DNA of 64,000 bases from Candidatus Latescibacterota bacterium (GCA_965208835.1 OZ242358.1:2688001-2752000); one strand, 5' to 3'; positions 46,455 through 56,304 are shown, numbered from the stretch's first letter. Notes: generated by a model not told the origin, from the letters alone. Translations and numbers: made by a program.

Positions 46455-46531
46455 TGGTCGGAGCGACTGGATTTGAACCAGCGACCCCTATCACCCCAAG
46501 ATAGTGCGCTACCGGGCTGCGCCACGCTCCG
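46455..46531 (-). tRNA. tRNA-Pro (GGG)
   Basis: CGGAGCGTGGCGCAGCCCGGTAGCGCA CTATC TT GGG GT GATAG ... GGTTCAAATCC AGTCGCTCCGA CCA. Confidence 0.96.
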
Positions 46532-46671
46532 AACCCAACTCTTTAATTGCCGAGGAAAAAACTAATGGGTCTTGCCATCGGCGTCAAGGGAAATGTCGTC
46601 CTCGGAGACCCGAGCTTCCCAAGACTGCCCTCCTGCCTGTATTTCTACGAAATACCGGTCGAGCGTTTCTT

Positions 46672-47916
46672 TTATTCGGTCTTGTAGTAAAGAGAATTAT
46701 AGTACCGTTCCGCGATGACTTTGCACAGGATATTGACGACGGCCGCAACCGGGATTGCAATGAGCATGCCGATGAAACCCCAGAAATGGGCGCCGACAAC
46801 CAGCGCGAACATCACCCAGACCGGATGCAGACCGACGCGCTGACCCACGACGCGGGGAGATAGAAAATTACCCTCGATACTTTGAACGACGACGAAAACG
46901 CCGACGACCTTGAGCAGGCTGCCGGCCGGGTCGGCATCCAATAACGCGACGAGGCACGCGACGCTGAATGCGACCGCGATTCCTATGTACGGAATCAGGT
47001 TGAAGAGCCCGGCCATGAGTCCCAGCAGAACCGCGTATCGGATCCCGAACAGCATGAGGCCGGTGGCGGTAAGCACCGCAATAAAGGTGCAGACCAGCAT
47101 CTGCCCGCGGAGGTATTGACCCAGAATCTCGTCCACCCGCACCAGGAATTCCCCGATGGACGCCGCGTGCCGCCGCGGAAGGACTCGAGCGACAGTCCTG
47201 ACAATGCGGTCGTAGTCCTTGATCATGTAGAAGGTCACAAAGGGGATCATCAGAAAATTCAGTAGCGTTGCCAGCCCGGAGCCCAAACCCTTAAGGGCCG
47301 CGGTTGTCTGTTCCGCGATGAGTTCACCCAGCTTCGGCAACCGCTCCAGAAGCAGCTGTTGTATCTGACCCTTCGGCAGGTTTACGCCGATCGACTGCAG
47401 CCAGTTGAATATCTGATCGTAGAACTGCTTCAGCATCGCTGCATAGACGGGAATGCGCCGCCCGAAATCGTGAATTTCCTGTGTGACCAAAGGAATGACC
47501 ACGATGCCGATCCCTGACAACGCCCCCAGTATCACGACTACGATCAGGGCGATGGCGATCGTGCGCGACATCCAGCGTTCCATCAGACCGACAAGCGGCG
47601 ACACCAGATAGGCCAACACAAACGAGGTCACAAACGGCCATAACAACCCGGCCAAATCTCCCATCAGCCAGGCGCCGAACAGCAGGACCACCACAACCCC
47701 GACGCCGGCTTCGAACCTTATCCCCTTTCGGACCATGACAAGGATGGCCAGCAGCGTGAGGCCGATCAGGAAGGGGGAGAGATCCTGATGGAGCACAAAG
47801 AGGAAACCCACCAGAAACAACAGAATCGCCATGCGAAAAAACGGCCTGTCGCCGGAAAGACGGCCGTCCGGATTATCCTCGCAATGCCCCGGTTTTGACT
47901 GTGATTTCGTATCCAT
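46672..47916 (-). CDS. AI-2E family transporter
   Basis: LAYLVSP, YLRGQ, NLIPYIG, EGNFLSP..VG..VGLHP and GMLIAIP motifs. Confidence 0.93.
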   Translation of the reverse strand: MDTKSQSKPGHCEDNPDGRLSGDRPFFRMAILLFLVGFLFVLHQDLSPFLIGLTLLAILVMVRKGIRFEAGVGVVVVLLFGAWLMGDLAGLLWPFVTSFVLAYLVSPLVGLMERWMSRTIAIALIVVVILGALSGIGIVVIPLVTQEIHDFGRRIPVYAAMLKQFYDQIFNWLQSIGVNLPKGQIQQLLLERLPKLGELIAEQTTAALKGLGSGLATLLNFLMIPFVTFYMIKDYDRIVRTVARVLPRRHAASIGEFLVRVDEILGQYLRGQMLVCTFIAVLTATGLMLFGIRYAVLLGLMAGLFNLIPYIGIAVAFSVACLVALLDADPAGSLLKVVGVFVVVQSIEGNFLSPRVVGQRVGLHPVWVMFALVVGAHFWGFIGMLIAIPVAAVVNILCKVIAERYYNSLYYKTE

Positions 47917-47934
47917 GCCATTGTCCGCAATCGG

Positions 47935-48786
47935 TCATTGTCCCGATTTCGCCTGCTCTTCATCCTCCGACACGACCAGAAACGTCTCTGACTGGGTGTC
48001 TACATTGAATATGCGAAGGTAGCGGCTGTGGCGAAGCCCGCCCACCTCTCCGATCAACTCCAGAACGCCGTCGCCGTCGATATCCAGATATCCCAGGCGG
48101 TCTCCAAAACCGTCGGCAAAGTACCACTCCAGGATCAACGTATCCATGTCGACGACCACACCCGTATTCAACACGGCCTCCAGGCCGTAGTCGTCGTCGA
48201 AATCCGCGATCACCATGCTCTGCGCGTGAATCGATTCTTTCGGTATCACGTCGCTGATTCCCTGTTCGAAAAGCTCCAGACAGTCGTATACATGGATGTG
48301 CATCTCGCTATGGCCCAGACTCTTGACCAGATAGACGAGTTCCAGTTGAGGATCATCGTCCACATTCGCGATTTCCATGTGGGTGATATCCTCCTGGATC
48401 TGCCATATAAAACTGTAGTCCTCCGCACTGTATAGCACAATACGTGTAAAGGTGTACGCGACAATTTCGAATTCACCGTCTGCATCCACGTCTTCCACAA
48501 ATACCCCCAGGACTGCAGATCCCAGTGGTTCGCTCTTCCACTCCTCGTATCCGCGCCCGTCGACGTATCTTACAACGTACAGGTTTCCCTGTGCGTCTCC
48601 GTAAACGACCCGCGGATTGGCTTCGTCACCCGACGGGAGGATGCGAATCTGAGGCAGTTCATCTATGCTTCCGCCCCAGCGGATGTGCCGGTTGTCGCGA
48701 AGAAGATACCAGTCCGCGCTGCCGGCTTGAACCGGTACGTACGCCGAAATCCAGAACACCGCGACTATGCAGATGTAATGTTTCAT
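47935..48786 (-). CDS. Secreted FG-GAP/VCBS-repeat protein (no heme domain)
   Basis: Signal peptide; Ca-binding-type loops DVDADGEFEI, NVDDDPQLEL, DFDDDYGLEA and DIDGDGVLEL; paralog of the upstream gene. Confidence 0.85.
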   Translation of the reverse strand: MKHYICIVAVFWISAYVPVQAGSADWYLLRDNRHIRWGGSIDELPQIRILPSGDEANPRVVYGDAQGNLYVVRYVDGRGYEEWKSEPLGSAVLGVFVEDVDADGEFEIVAYTFTRIVLYSAEDYSFIWQIQEDITHMEIANVDDDPQLELVYLVKSLGHSEMHIHVYDCLELFEQGISDVIPKESIHAQSMVIADFDDDYGLEAVLNTGVVVDMDTLILEWYFADGFGDRLGYLDIDGDGVLELIGEVGGLRHSRYLRIFNVDTQSETFLVVSEDEEQAKSGQ

Positions 48787-48788
48787 GT

Positions 48789-49958
48789 CTATCGGTCCTT
48801 CAAATCGGAAAGAATCGAATAGATCTCCGTATTCGCCCGTATTGCTTCCTCGCCATCGGGAACGGTACGCTGGTGGCACGCCAGGCATACCTCCCGCAGT
48901 TCCGGTTGGTGACAGTTTGTGCACTCGTTCACATTGCCGTACGGCGCAAAGAACGGCACCTCCCGCAGATGATAGGCCTCCTCGTCGATACGTCCGCCAG
49001 GGTTCTGATGCCCGACGGTACTGGTTACACCCTCTCTCTCGTGGCAGTCCTGGCAGAACGCCCTGAGTTTGTGGCAGGAAGCGCAGTCCGCAATCCTTCC
49101 CGACACCTCCGCTCCGTGGTTGCCGCGAAAATCGGAGGTGATTGAAATCACCCTGATGTGTCTCTCGGGCCGCAAACTTCCGTACTCACCTATCAGATCC
49201 GGCGTGCCATCGTAGTTCACGTCCACATACCCCATACGGTCGCATCCACCGAAGTGCCATTCGAAGTCGAGAGATCTCGCGTCGATCACCACGCCGGTGT
49301 TGATGGCAATTTCAAGCTCGGCGTCTTCGTCCAGGTTCGCGACGACGATGCTTTCCCCGATCAGGGTCTGCTCTCCGCGTCTCTCCTCCGCGAGATGCCT
49401 GGCGTCGTAGACGAACAACCTCGAGTCGCGTTCTCCCGACGCGTCCTCCGCTTCTCCGAGAAAGATCAATTCCAGTTGTGGGTCGCCATCCAGGTTTTCG
49501 ATCGCCATCGTCGAGATTGTCGCATACTCGTCATCTTTGCTGCGCCAGATCAACTCGTACGAATCCGCATTGTAAATCACGATGTCACCCCAATGCGAAT
49601 ATGCTACGATCTCGAGAACACCGTCCGCGTTGACGTCCGCTACGAAAACCTCTGCCACGGACGATTTCAAGGACTGGCTGACCCAGACCTCCCGGGAACG
49701 CCCCTCGGTGAACTCGAGTACGTGCAAAAGGCCCTGGCGGTCTCCGTAGACCAGTCGCTTTACCGAGTCGGCCGGAGCGGGAATAATCCTGACAGTGCGC
49801 ATTTCGCCAAGTGCGCCGCCGAAGGACACATCCTTTCCCCTTGCCCATCGGAACCACTCCATGTCCCCGGCGTGCGCCAGGGTCAGACCCGCGCACAGGC
49901 AGGCCAACACCCAGAATACATTTCGAGCAAATACCTCCCGCACGCTTCTTACCTCCAC
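48789..49958 (-). CDS. Secreted FG-GAP/VCBS-repeat protein fused to a C-terminal tetraheme c-type cytochrome-like domain
   Basis: Signal peptide; DVNADGVLEI, NLDGDPQLEL, NLDEDAELEI and DVNYDGTPDL loops; CASCH, CQDCH, CTNCH and CLACH. The GTG start abuts the mlaD stop. Confidence 0.85.
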   Translation of the reverse strand: MEVRSVREVFARNVFWVLACLCAGLTLAHAGDMEWFRWARGKDVSFGGALGEMRTVRIIPAPADSVKRLVYGDRQGLLHVLEFTEGRSREVWVSQSLKSSVAEVFVADVNADGVLEIVAYSHWGDIVIYNADSYELIWRSKDDEYATISTMAIENLDGDPQLELIFLGEAEDASGERDSRLFVYDARHLAEERRGEQTLIGESIVVANLDEDAELEIAINTGVVIDARSLDFEWHFGGCDRMGYVDVNYDGTPDLIGEYGSLRPERHIRVISITSDFRGNHGAEVSGRIADCASCHKLRAFCQDCHEREGVTSTVGHQNPGGRIDEEAYHLREVPFFAPYGNVNECTNCHQPELREVCLACHQRTVPDGEEAIRANTEIYSILSDLKDR

Positions 49959-50864
49959 TCAGAACAGGCTGACGTCCACGTTGAGATAGCGTTTGGGGTC
50001 CTCTTTGATGTCGTTGATAAGGCTGTCTACGGAGACAAGCGTCCGCCGGAGGTCTTTGTACAGTGTGTCGTCCTGAATAAGGCGGCCGAGCGTGCCCTCG
50101 CCGCGTCGAAGTCTTCCGCTGACCTCGTTCAGATCGGAAAGTGATCTCCTGAGCGATTCCAGTACGGTCTCGATGTTGCGCGTCACCCCATCCAACCTGT
50201 CGGTCGTGAGCCGCATATTCTCGACAACCCGGCGCACATCGGGCCGATTCTCGCCGATCATGTCGCGTGCGTTGAGGGTGGCCGCGGCCGCGGAATCCAG
50301 GACTGACGCGAGCGTCTCGCGGTTTTCGGAAACCGTCTGCTTGAGAATCGCGGCCGCGCTGTCCAGATTGGCCAGCAGGACCTCGACATGCCCCAGATTC
50401 CTGTCGGCAAGAACCGCTTCCAGACGCTGAGCCAGCACGCCGGCATGTTCCGCTATCTCCTCGATGCCGCCTTCAGACGACCCGCGAAGGGTGTCGTGGT
50501 CGGCGTACACCCTGTCGGAGGCCGTTCCTACCTGCACGTCGATCATCTTGCCGCCCAGCAATCCCTCGGCCTGTAACAGAACCTTCGAGTCCCGAGGCAG
50601 ATTTCGAAATTCGGCAAAACCGATACTTACAAGGGGCAAGCCGTGCGTAAGTCCGATATCGAGGACCTTGCCGGCCCAGACACCCCGGATGAACACCGGG
50701 TCTCCAGGCTGCAGGCCTGGTACACTGTCGAAAAAGACATGCAACTGATATCCACCTGCCGCTCCGGCGTAATTCTCAGACAGCCATGCCGCACCCAGTA
50801 CGGCAATCGCGATCGCCAGAAAAATGACGGCACCCAGAAACAACTGTTTTTCCCGACTTATCAT
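49959..50864 (-). CDS. mlaD: MCE-domain protein
   Basis: N-terminal TM helix, GLQPGDPVFIRGV..G.V, GLLG, a long helical region, and GEGTLGRLIQD..LY. Confidence 0.9.
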   Translation of the reverse strand: MISREKQLFLGAVIFLAIAIAVLGAAWLSENYAGAAGGYQLHVFFDSVPGLQPGDPVFIRGVWAGKVLDIGLTHGLPLVSIGFAEFRNLPRDSKVLLQAEGLLGGKMIDVQVGTASDRVYADHDTLRGSSEGGIEEIAEHAGVLAQRLEAVLADRNLGHVEVLLANLDSAAAILKQTVSENRETLASVLDSAAAATLNARDMIGENRPDVRRVVENMRLTTDRLDGVTRNIETVLESLRRSLSDLNEVSGRLRRGEGTLGRLIQDDTLYKDLRRTLVSVDSLINDIKEDPKRYLNVDVSLF

Positions 50865-50876
50865 TTGTCACCTGTA

Positions 50877-51620
50877 TCAGATCTTTCCCTGAACGAAAAG
50901 GTCGTAGACATCGTTCCCGCTCCTCTCGATCTCCTCCGGCGTCCCTTGAATGGCGGTTTCTCCGTTGTAAAGCAGGGCGATCCTGTCCGATATTCTACGG
51001 GCAAGCGGCAGGTCGTGCGTAACCACAACCGAAGTTACGTCCAGCTCATTCTGAAGCTTCAGAATGTAATCGCCTACCACCGCGGCCGTACCGGGATCCA
51101 GACCCGTTGTAGGCTCGTCATATAGAATGAAATCAGGCGACATTGCAATTGCCCTCGCCAGTGCGGCGCGCTTCCGCATGCCGCCGGACAGCTCGACGGG
51201 CATCGTCTGCTCCGCCCCGGAAAGACGAACCGCACCCAGGCATACGCCGACCCGTTCCTCAATCTCTTTCTCGGACATCCGGGTATGCATCCGAAGCCCG
51301 AATGCCACGTTTTCCTTTACATTCATTGAATCGAAAAGCGCGGCGGACTGAAACAGGACGCCAATCCTTTTGCGCAACGCCTTCAGATCTCTGTAACTGA
51401 TTGAGTTCATGTCGTGACCGTCCACCGTGACCCGACCGTGATCGGCCTGCTCAATGCCAATTATGTGTTTCAGTGTCACACTCTTGCCACAACCGCTGGG
51501 GCCCAGGATGGTGGTTACCTCCCCCCAGCGGACTTCCAGATCCATACCCGTCAAGACCTGCAATTCATCGAATCGTTTATGCACTGATTCGAATTCGACG
51601 GCTATGCCATTCTTTGCCAT
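50877..51620 (-). CDS. mlaF: MCE-system ABC ATPase
   Basis: GPSGCGKS, FQSAALFDSM, LSGGMRKR and YDEPTTGLDP motifs. Confidence 0.93.
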   Translation of the reverse strand: MAKNGIAVEFESVHKRFDELQVLTGMDLEVRWGEVTTILGPSGCGKSVTLKHIIGIEQADHGRVTVDGHDMNSISYRDLKALRKRIGVLFQSAALFDSMNVKENVAFGLRMHTRMSEKEIEERVGVCLGAVRLSGAEQTMPVELSGGMRKRAALARAIAMSPDFILYDEPTTGLDPGTAAVVGDYILKLQNELDVTSVVVTHDLPLARRISDRIALLYNGETAIQGTPEEIERSGNDVYDLFVQGKI

Positions 51621-51689
51621 TATCTTGTCTCATTCACCGAAACAGCACCGCGACGGGGCCCGATTTACGCTCAAGCCTTCAAACCGCCG

Positions 51690-52463
51690 TCAATAAAGCA
51701 ATGTCTTGGTCAGGAAGTAGTCCAGGATCAGAATGGACGCAGCCGAAATCACGACCGCCGCCGTCGCCGCCCGGCCCACGCCTTGAGCCCCGCCCGTTGC
51801 CGTCAGACCGGCGTAGGAACCGTAAAAGGTGATCATGCCCCCGTAAACCACGGACTTGATGACGCATACCACGAGATCGTACGAACTCCAGTCCAGCTTC
51901 ATTCCCTTCACAAAATCGGCAACCGTGATGTCCATCAGCAGGATCGACATCACGTAACCCGCATAGATCGACGTAAAGGCGGAGAAGACCACCAGCACGG
52001 GGATCATCACAATACCCGCGAGAACCCTCGGCATGAGGAGGTACCCAACCGGATCCACTGCCAGTGAAATCAGTGCATCCACCTGCTCGGAGACCTTCAT
52101 TGTACCCACTTCAGACGCAATGCCCGCACCCACCTGACCTGCCAGGACCAGCCCCATGAGAATCGGCGCCAGTTCCAGCAGCACCGATCGGACAACGATG
52201 CTGCCGACCATGTAGTCAGGTACATAGTCCTCCATCTGGTAGGCCATCATCGTGGATACGGCCATGCCGCTGAAGGCCGAAACAAGGATTACCAGTGACA
52301 GAGAATTCACACCAACCGAGTAACACTGCTCGATGATCTGCCGCCTGTAGAAGTAGACGTTCGGCAGTTCGCCAAGAAACCGTCGGAAATACCCGTACAT
52401 CGAATAGGTAAGCAAAAGAAACCGGGCGGTCTTCATGCCCACAAATTCCATCAGGCGCTTCAC
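51690..52463 (-). CDS. mlaE: MCE-system permease
   Basis: GVNSL, ELAP, EVGTMKVSEQVDAL and GGAQGVGRAAT.AVV motifs. Confidence 0.93.
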   Translation of the reverse strand: MKRLMEFVGMKTARFLLLTYSMYGYFRRFLGELPNVYFYRRQIIEQCYSVGVNSLSLVILVSAFSGMAVSTMMAYQMEDYVPDYMVGSIVVRSVLLELAPILMGLVLAGQVGAGIASEVGTMKVSEQVDALISLAVDPVGYLLMPRVLAGIVMIPVLVVFSAFTSIYAGYVMSILLMDITVADFVKGMKLDWSSYDLVVCVIKSVVYGGMITFYGSYAGLTATGGAQGVGRAATAAVVISAASILILDYFLTKTLLY

Positions 52464-52585
52464 GGGTCACTTCCTGAATTGGCTGAGCGGCCATATGCGA
52501 CCAGGTACGCCGTCCCGAGGATCGGGCGGCGCAAAGGGACGATGCGGTCGGAACCGGCGCGCCACGAAGTGCGAATTACACTTTC

Positions 52586-52614
52586 AATTTAACCATTAAA
52601 TACCGTTGGATCAA
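52586..52614 (-). promoter_or_regulatory. Putative sigma-70 promoter of the mla operon
   Basis: TTGATC-17 nt-TAAATT within an AT-rich patch. Confidence 0.5.
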
Positions 52615-52749
52615 TGACTATATACGTTTCCGGCATTGCCGGTTCGGTGGCCGTAAAGGCGCCGCGCCCGGGCTTGGGCAATGTCATGAAAAATGCGGGC
52701 CAGGGAGAGTACCCTGCCCGCGAGTTACCGAGTCGCTGCCGTTTCTCAA

Positions 52750-53631
52750 TCAGACCTGGTCCTGCCACGACTCTTCGGCGCGTACGCGTTGCCTGAAATA
52801 TCGGCGCAGTTTGCCGAGGGCGCGATTTCGGATCTGCCGTACGCGTTCCCGCGTGACACCCAGTTCCCTGCCGATTTCTCCAAGCGTCCTTCGATCTCCG
52901 CCCTCCAGGCCGAAATAAGAGCGGATGACGTTTGCCTCCCGCGGATCGAGGCTGCGCGCGAGAGAGGCGCTGATCAGTTCGGTGCGGTCTCTTTCCAGGA
53001 CCTCAAGATCGGGATAGGCTCCGGCACAGTCGAGCACCTGCAGCAATGTCTTCTCGCCTTCGGCGTCAATCGGAGATTCCAGGGAGAGGTCCGACCGGGC
53101 ACACCGAAGCGCGCGTTCAGCGCGCTTTCGACTGATCTTCATATCGCTGGCCACCTCTTCGACCGTCGGCACCCGCCCCAACTCCTGAGTCATCTGGCCC
53201 CATCGCCGGGCCATGCGATCCATGTCCTCCTGCCGGTTGGCAGGCATAGACACCGCGGACGTCCGTTTCAGCGCATTCAATATCGCCTGGCGAATCCACC
53301 AGACGGCATAGCTGATGAACTTGTACCCCCGGGTCTCGTCAAAACGGTTCAGGGCCTCCATCAACCCCATGTTGCCTTCGGCGATCAGATCCGAGAGTGG
53401 CACCCCCCGGCCCTGGTATTCGAGGGCGACGCTTACGACGAATCGCAAATTGGACGTAACGAGCCGTTCGATCGCCTTTTGATCGCCCTTTCGGGCCCGC
53501 GCGAGCGTTTCCATCTCCTCTTTACGCGTCATCGGGGGATAACGGCGCAGTTCCTTCAGGTATCGCTGTACGGAGGCGTCGTGCGGCAGACGTTTCCTTG
53601 TCGGTTCCTGGAAGTCCAAAGCTGAGTACAA
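52750..53631 (-). CDS. RpoD/SigA-family sigma-70 factor lacking region 1.1
   Basis: YLKEL, SNLRFVVSVA, DLIAEGNMGL, RFDETRGYKFISYAVWWIRQ and TRERVRQI motifs. Start uncertain (TTG at 53631 or 53619). Confidence 0.92.
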   Translation of the reverse strand: MYSALDFQEPTRKRLPHDASVQRYLKELRRYPPMTRKEEMETLARARKGDQKAIERLVTSNLRFVVSVALEYQGRGVPLSDLIAEGNMGLMEALNRFDETRGYKFISYAVWWIRQAILNALKRTSAVSMPANRQEDMDRMARRWGQMTQELGRVPTVEEVASDMKISRKRAERALRCARSDLSLESPIDAEGEKTLLQVLDCAGAYPDLEVLERDRTELISASLARSLDPREANVIRSYFGLEGGDRRTLGEIGRELGVTRERVRQIRNRALGKLRRYFRQRVRAEESWQDQV

Positions 53632-53839
53632 CCCCTTTTGCGGCGGAGAAGCCGCCGTCCAATCCCGCCGGCGTTTCCGGAACGGATGTGGATCGACGTA
53701 CGCATGGAACGATCTGGAATCACGAAAGTTCCAATTTCTTCGGATCCCGTACACGAGTCGCGGGCTGACTCCCGCCGCAAACGCGGGGGTCGCACCCCGG
53801 GTTCGATAGCACCGATAACCCGGAGTCGGTTTACAAACT

Positions 53840-53877
53840 AAAGAAAGAAACGAGCCGTCGAACAATCGACGGCTCGT
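53840..53877 (-). terminator. Intrinsic terminator after tRNA-Arg
   Basis: ACGAGCCGTCGA-TTGT-TCGACGGCTCGT followed by TTCTTTCTTT. Confidence 0.85.
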
Positions 53878-53889
53878 CGTGACAAGGTA

Positions 53890-53967
53890 TGGTGGGACAT
53901 ACAGGATTCGAACCTGTGACCTCTGGTTCCGGAGACCAGCGCTCTATCCAGACTGAGCTAATGCCCC
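53890..53967 (-). tRNA. tRNA-Arg (CCG)
   Basis: GGGGCATTAGCTCAGTCTGGATAGAGCG CTGGT CT CCG GA ACCAG ... GGTTCGAATCC TGTATGTCCCA CCA. Confidence 0.96.
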
Positions 53968-53986
53968 GCTGGACCCTTGAAAGTGG

Positions 53987-54076
53987 TCAGGCTTTCTTGT
54001 GGCGATCTCTTCTGCGACGTTTCTTGCGCTTGTGAGTCGCGATCTTATGGCGCTTTCGCTTTCTTCCGCAGGGCAA
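53987..54076 (-). CDS. 29-aa basic protein, bS22 (AURKAIP1/COX24-like) ribosomal protein family
   Basis: Translated by hand: AAGGAG, TTG start, MPCGRKRKRHKIATHKRKKRRRRDRHKKA*. Below the ORF-track size cutoff. Confidence 0.9.
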   Translation of the reverse strand: MPCGRKRKRHKIATHKRKKRRRRDRHKKA

Positions 54077-54128
54077 TTAATGCTCCTTGTCGTGAGACTG
54101 ATTCTGATGCGAAATGGGTTCAGACCGC

Positions 54129-54407
54129 CTATTCACCCGTAAGGCCCGCCCGCAACTCCCTGGAAGGTTTGAAAACCGGCGCGGGGCGTTCTGGAATTTT
54201 TACGACGTCGCCCGTTTTTGGATTGCGCCCTATCCTGGGTGCGCGGGTCACGACCTTGAACGTCCCAAACCCTCGAATTTCAATGTGCTCGCCATGTTTC
54301 AATGCCGCCACAACCGAGTCGAGGAAACCCTCCACGACCGCCGCCGTATCCGATTTCGGCAACCCCGTGGCCTCTGCAATCTGACTGACGATATCGGCTT
54401 TGGTCAC
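54129..54407 (-). CDS. HU/IHF family DNA-binding protein
   Basis: MTKADIV, IRGFGTF, GRNPKTG and PVFKPS motifs. Confidence 0.96.
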   Translation of the reverse strand: MTKADIVSQIAEATGLPKSDTAAVVEGFLDSVVAALKHGEHIEIRGFGTFKVVTRAPRIGRNPKTGDVVKIPERPAPVFKPSRELRAGLTGE

Positions 54408-54479
54408 CAGAACCCCTTTCGAAACCGGCTAATGACTCAACGAAAAACCGACCTGTCGAATTGGTTTGGACAAGCGAAA

Positions 54480-54508
54480 AGGATATACAAATGGAATCGC
54501 TTTGTCAA
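54480..54508 (-). promoter_or_regulatory. Sigma-70 promoter of the HU-bS22-tRNA unit
   Basis: TTGACA-17 nt-TATCCT with an AT-rich upstream tract. Confidence 0.65.
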
Positions 54509-54519
54509 CAAAAAACAGT

Positions 54520-56304
54520 CTACTGCCGGGCGCTGCCGATGTACTGGAGTTTGTGAAGCCGGTGATAGATACCCTTTCCGGCCAACAGGGCTTCGTGCGT
54601 CCCCGATTCGCGGATTTCACCCTTGTGGAGGACCAGAATCCGGTGCGCGCGCCGAACAGTCGAGATGCGATGCGCGATTACGATGGAAGTCCTCGACCGC
54701 ATCAGTCTGCCCACGGCATCCTGAATCCATGCCTCCGTCTCGGTGTCGACGCTGGACGTGGCTTCGTCGAGGACGAGAACGTCCGGATCAAACGCGATCG
54801 CCCGGGCAAAGGCCAGCAGCTGCCGCTGTCCGCCGGAGAGGGTGCCTCCCATTTCGGTTACGGCATGCCCGTATTCCCCGGGCAGCCGACTGATAAACCG
54901 GTCCGCGTTTACGTCTCTCGCGGCCTGCTCGACCCTCTGCTCCGAGATCTCGCGGTTTCTCAATCGGATATTCGCACCGATATCTCCCGAGAAGAGAAAC
55001 ACATCCTGCTGAACGACGCCGACGCGCCGCCTTAGTGCCTCCACGTCCCACTCCTTGATGTCGACCCCGTCAATTCGGATGTGCCCCCGCTGAATGTCGT
55101 AAAATCTGCACAGCAGATTGATAATGGTCGTCTTTCCTGATCCGGTCGCACCGACGATGGCCAGGCGTTCTCCCGGTTTCACCGTGAACGAAACGTCTTT
55201 CAGTACCCAGTCATCGTCGTTGTATGCGAACCAGACGTCGGAAAACTCGATCTCGCCACGGATCTTCTTCGGGCCCTCCTTGCCGAGGCCGGGCTCCGGC
55301 CGGGTATCCAGAAGTTCGAATATCCGCTCCGACGACGCCATCGCCGACTGAAGAATCGCGTACCGCTCCGCCACATCCAGAATCGGCCAGAAGAACCGCG
55401 GAATGTACTGCAGCATGGCGACCAGAGCACCCCACTCGATCTGAGACCGGATCACATCGCTGCTGCCCTGCCAGATAACGAGTGCCGTGGCAACGGAACC
55501 GAGCAGCTGCATAATCGGAAAATAGAGCGAATAATAAAGCGTAGACTCCAGATTTGCATTCAGGTACCGGCCGTTGATTCCGTCAAATCGATCCGCGTGT
55601 CGGCCCTCGCGGCCAAATAGCTGCACAACCGGCATACCCGTGATGTTTTCCTGCAAATAGGCGTTTAGTCGCGCCAACCGGGCGCGGGCAAGACGAAACG
55701 CCCGCAACATGCGGCCCTGGAACCAGAACGTCACCCCGAACATAACGGGCACGGTGGTGCAGACCAGCAGCGCCAGCGACGCGTCCATGTAATACATATA
55801 CGCCATAATCGCGATCAGCGTAAAGATATCGCTGAACACGGCCACGACCCCGTCTGTAAACAACTCGTTCAGCGCGTCCACGTCGTTGGTGTTTCGGGTC
55901 ATGAGGCGTCCGATCGGCGTGCGGTCGAAGAATCGTATGGGTAACCGCTGAAGGTGCGCGAAAATCTCCTTGCGTATATCGTACATGACCCACTGTCCGA
56001 CCATCTGCGTAACCATCCTCTGGGCGACGTCGGCCAGAAATTGAAACACAAGCAGGCCAACGAACACCAGGACGATCCGGTTCAGCCCCGCCAGATCTCC
56101 CGGCAGAATATGGTCGTCCACGGCAATCTTGCTCAAATATGGACCCGCCTGCCTGGCTGCAGACGTCAGAAGAATCAGCACGAACGCGACAATTACCCAG
56201 ACCCTGTACGGCCTTAGGTATCCCAGAAGGCGCCACATCAGCCGCGCGTCGAACGGCTTCCTGGTTATTTCCTCTTCGTGTATGTCGCGGCCTGTTTCAG
56301 TCAT
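54520..56304 (-). CDS. Heterodimeric ABC exporter subunit B (MdlB/YheH-like)
   Basis: TM domain plus NBD with GATGSGKT, LSGGQRQ, LDEAT and IAHR. Confidence 0.94.
   Translation of the reverse strand: MTETGRDIHEEEITRKPFDARLMWRLLGYLRPYRVWVIVAFVLILLTSAARQAGPYLSKIAVDDHILPGDLAGLNRIVLVFVGLLVFQFLADVAQRMVTQMVGQWVMYDIRKEIFAHLQRLPIRFFDRTPIGRLMTRNTNDVDALNELFTDGVVAVFSDIFTLIAIMAYMYYMDASLALLVCTTVPVMFGVTFWFQGRMLRAFRLARARLARLNAYLQENITGMPVVQLFGREGRHADRFDGINGRYLNANLESTLYYSLYFPIMQLLGSVATALVIWQGSSDVIRSQIEWGALVAMLQYIPRFFWPILDVAERYAILQSAMASSERIFELLDTRPEPGLGKEGPKKIRGEIEFSDVWFAYNDDDWVLKDVSFTVKPGERLAIVGATGSGKTTIINLLCRFYDIQRGHIRIDGVDIKEWDVEALRRRVGVVQQDVFLFSGDIGANIRLRNREISEQRVEQAARDVNADRFISRLPGEYGHAVTEMGGTLSGGQRQLLAFARAIAFDPDVLVLDEATSSVDTETEAWIQDAVGRLMRSRTSIVIAHRISTVRRAHRILVLHKGEIRESGTHEALLAGKGIYHRLHKLQYIGSARQ

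Noticed and set aside
52750-53865. Long N-terminal extensions in the ORF track for the sigma factor, and likewise for mutL, DUF3500, the ABC ATPase and the FAD subunit
   Set aside because: The extensions cross terminators, repeats, promoters or other intergenic DNA; downstream starts fit the homology and, where visible, Shine-Dalgarno sites better.
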